This document shows, piece after piece, positions 61,653 to 64,000 of a stretch of 64,000 nt of DNA. The stretch comes from Haplodiscus bocki (Eukaryota), in NCBI GenBank assembly GCA_965655095.1, contig OZ296653.1, forward strand, positions 16,120,001 to 16,184,000. The letters run 5' to 3'. The stretch's first letter is position 1; each line of letters begins with the position of its first letter. A program made the translations under genes and the position numbers. The notes under the pieces were generated by a model, which saw nothing but the letters and a program-made list of their open reading frames with translations, searched no databases and was not told the DNA's origin.

Positions 61653-64000
61653 ACTTTTAAAGAATGATTGATAATTGAAAAATTCAAAACATTGTGATTT
61701 AATTTTCGAAATCTAGTACAAAATGTAAAATGGATGATTTTATTTTGAGCCACATAAAGGTCGCTATGTAATAGGTCCCGAACTTCGAATATCGTCAAAT
61801 TGATTGCTGTCGCGAAAACTTTAAATCATCTCATATATAAGAGGATTAAATCCCAACGTTAAAAAGGGTTGATTACGTAATTCACAGGACAACCCCTACA
61901 TTGCGCATTTTTAAAGAGTAAAAGTGAATATCTTCATTAACCAATTTTCTGAATTTTCAATATGACGTTTTATGACACTATTAGTCTATCTATTTTTATG
62001 CAAACGTATCAATTCTGTCAACTCCGGTATAATAAATCAGTGCATGCAGGCTGTTAAAATAGAATTTCCTCGATCCGAGGCCGAATGTTTTCTACATTGT
62101 GATTCGCTATAATCTGCGTCCAGTCGTAATGACTGTCGTAAAATGTAGAATAGTTTACTGGGTTGTAAAATGTAGAACAGTTGGCTGGGTTATAGAATGT
62201 AGAATACGTGGCTGGCTAGTAAAATGTACCATAGTATAATAAAAGTCCAAGTAAATATATATTGCAAACTACAATAAGTACAAAATACAAACACCCTATT
62301 TAGAAGTGTTTATTCTAATTGGAGCCGCTGGATTATTCACTTTTCGATTGGAGGGCATCTAAAAACATTCAAATTGTTTTTCTGAGAATTCCAACAAGAA
62401 ACCGTGGCACATAGAGAGCCACATTTCTGAGAAAGCTAAACCAAACGTTCTACATTGAAAATGACATTAGCAATTCAAACAAGAAAGTGTTTTATACGAG
62501 AGTAATAAATCAGAGGCATCAACCACCAGGCTTTGTGCAACGGTTATGTTGAAAATCTTGGTTCAAAAATAGTGTAGATCCATGAATGAGTTTCAGTGCA
62601 TAAATTAGCTGAAATAATCAGTTCTACATCACTGAAAAGGCGGTTGGAGGATGAACAGTCTGAAAACTTAACTATCGGTAACTTCTCAAATGTCCGAACT
62701 ATCAAATGGTCGAAAATTGGAGAAAGATTGCTGATAGCCGAAGTTTTCAACCGAACTCACGGTTGCAAAAATTGATCAGTAGTAAAAGATTTCATTTATA
62801 AGAAGAAAAATATTAAAATAAACATAAAAGGAGCCCGGGTGGGAATATGAAAAGACAAAGATTAACAGCAACTACATTCAATAAAACGATTACCGGCTTG
62901 TCGCAATTAAGAATTTATAAAATAGTTCCAAAAACGGATTCCAACTTTTTCTCCACTATACTGGGATCATGAAAAACTTTGAATAAATATACATTCCATA
63001 TAAATCATTAACAAAATAACTCGATTAAAAAAATGATCTGTTTTCGTTTGTAGCCTAATTGTTGTGATAAATATTAAAAAAGGTTCTGAAACTAGTAAAC
63101 TTGGAAAGTGTATCTGGTTGAAGTAACAAGAGAAATATGGAAAAGAGAAAACCTCACAAAGTTCAGGATCCATAAGTGCCTCATGCGACTCATTCATTGT
63201 ACCTGGGAAGGATGCTATCGGTTGTGATTAATCTCCCAAATGGTTTCACGGGGCCTGTGTCAATCTCTGAGGTACAAAACGATGTGCTCACAAGCTTCCC
63301 AGCAGGCAGATGGTTTTGTACAGCCTGTGTGCCGAAAGTCTCGAGACGAAATGGCAAAGAGCGTCTTGTGGACTAGTTGAAATTCACTAGTTCGAAAAAA
63401 AACTTAGTACAAACGAAACTGCCCGAGAAAAAATTGAGGTTTTCTAGAAACTCAGTTGCCGTAGGCTGAAAAGTTGTACCTCACGTCCAATACTACTGCA
63501 AGGATGTATCAGTGATCGAGGTACCCACAGGAGCAAACAATGTTCGATATCGGTGACATTTCCTGTGAAGTGCTCAGCTCAAGCAAGCACCAGGAGAAAA
63601 TGATAAATGAGCTCTCTCATTATATCAAGCAAGACTTACACTACGCAACTGAAACTGACAAAACTGTGTTGGTTTTCAACAGAACTGATGATTATTCAAA
63701 GGTCTTCATTGGCTAGAAGTCCAATTTTCTAGGAGACTACAAAAGCAACCTATACTGAATCGTCAACCACAAAGCTGCATGGCATAAAAGAGATATTCCA
63801 TTTGAACGTCCGAATGATGTGATGGAGAAAAATTTAGGGATTGGTTTTTGTTGAAACATTATCAGCGTATCAGTCGTCCTCTTCCTGAATTAGAACAACT
63901 TTTCGAATCAGAAGCTGAGTATGATACTACTATCAATAATGGAACACTGATAGCAAACATGCATATGAAAATCGAAGCAAAAAAGGATAAAATTAAATAA

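Noticed and set aside
63380-64000. Coding-like degenerate sequence at the window end
   Set aside because: Broken by stops, no recognisable motif and truncated by the window; cannot be assigned

Overview
AT-rich animal (invertebrate-like) genomic DNA with one assembly gap (N 6535-6669). Bases 1-4161 are the decayed right end of a Polinton/Maverick (adintovirus-like) element: a broken protein-primed PolB gene and an AGTAGT...ACTACT fold-back terminus. A second, near-complete ~18.6-kb Polinton-like endogenous virus of a different PolB type spans ~7820-26468. It encodes a packaging ATPase, penton, major capsid, adenain protease, fibre, HNH, integrase and pPolB, is disabled by 7 in-frame stops, and has ~1.06-kb TIRs inside a 2.2-kb inverted duplication. 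Its most unusual part is an apparent membrane entry/egress module. A 2-TM protein ends in an in-phase U-UUU-UUA slippery site that would append an ATG-less tail carrying an overlapping PSAP/PPEY late domain. The module also includes a small N-glycosylatable membrane protein, a pVI-like amphipathic protein bounded by adenain sites, and a fibre tipped with a MAM-like domain. Almost all viral genes start at TAAATG. The right half holds a ~4,100-aa, ~18-Tudor-domain gene on the minus strand. It has a 10.8-kb terminal exon, a 3-domain higher-order repeat and an RG/FG-rich region, and its introns contain LINE, mariner and MULE relics. A divergently transcribed gene for a secreted ShKT protein follows. 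All assignments come from motif reading; no searches were run.
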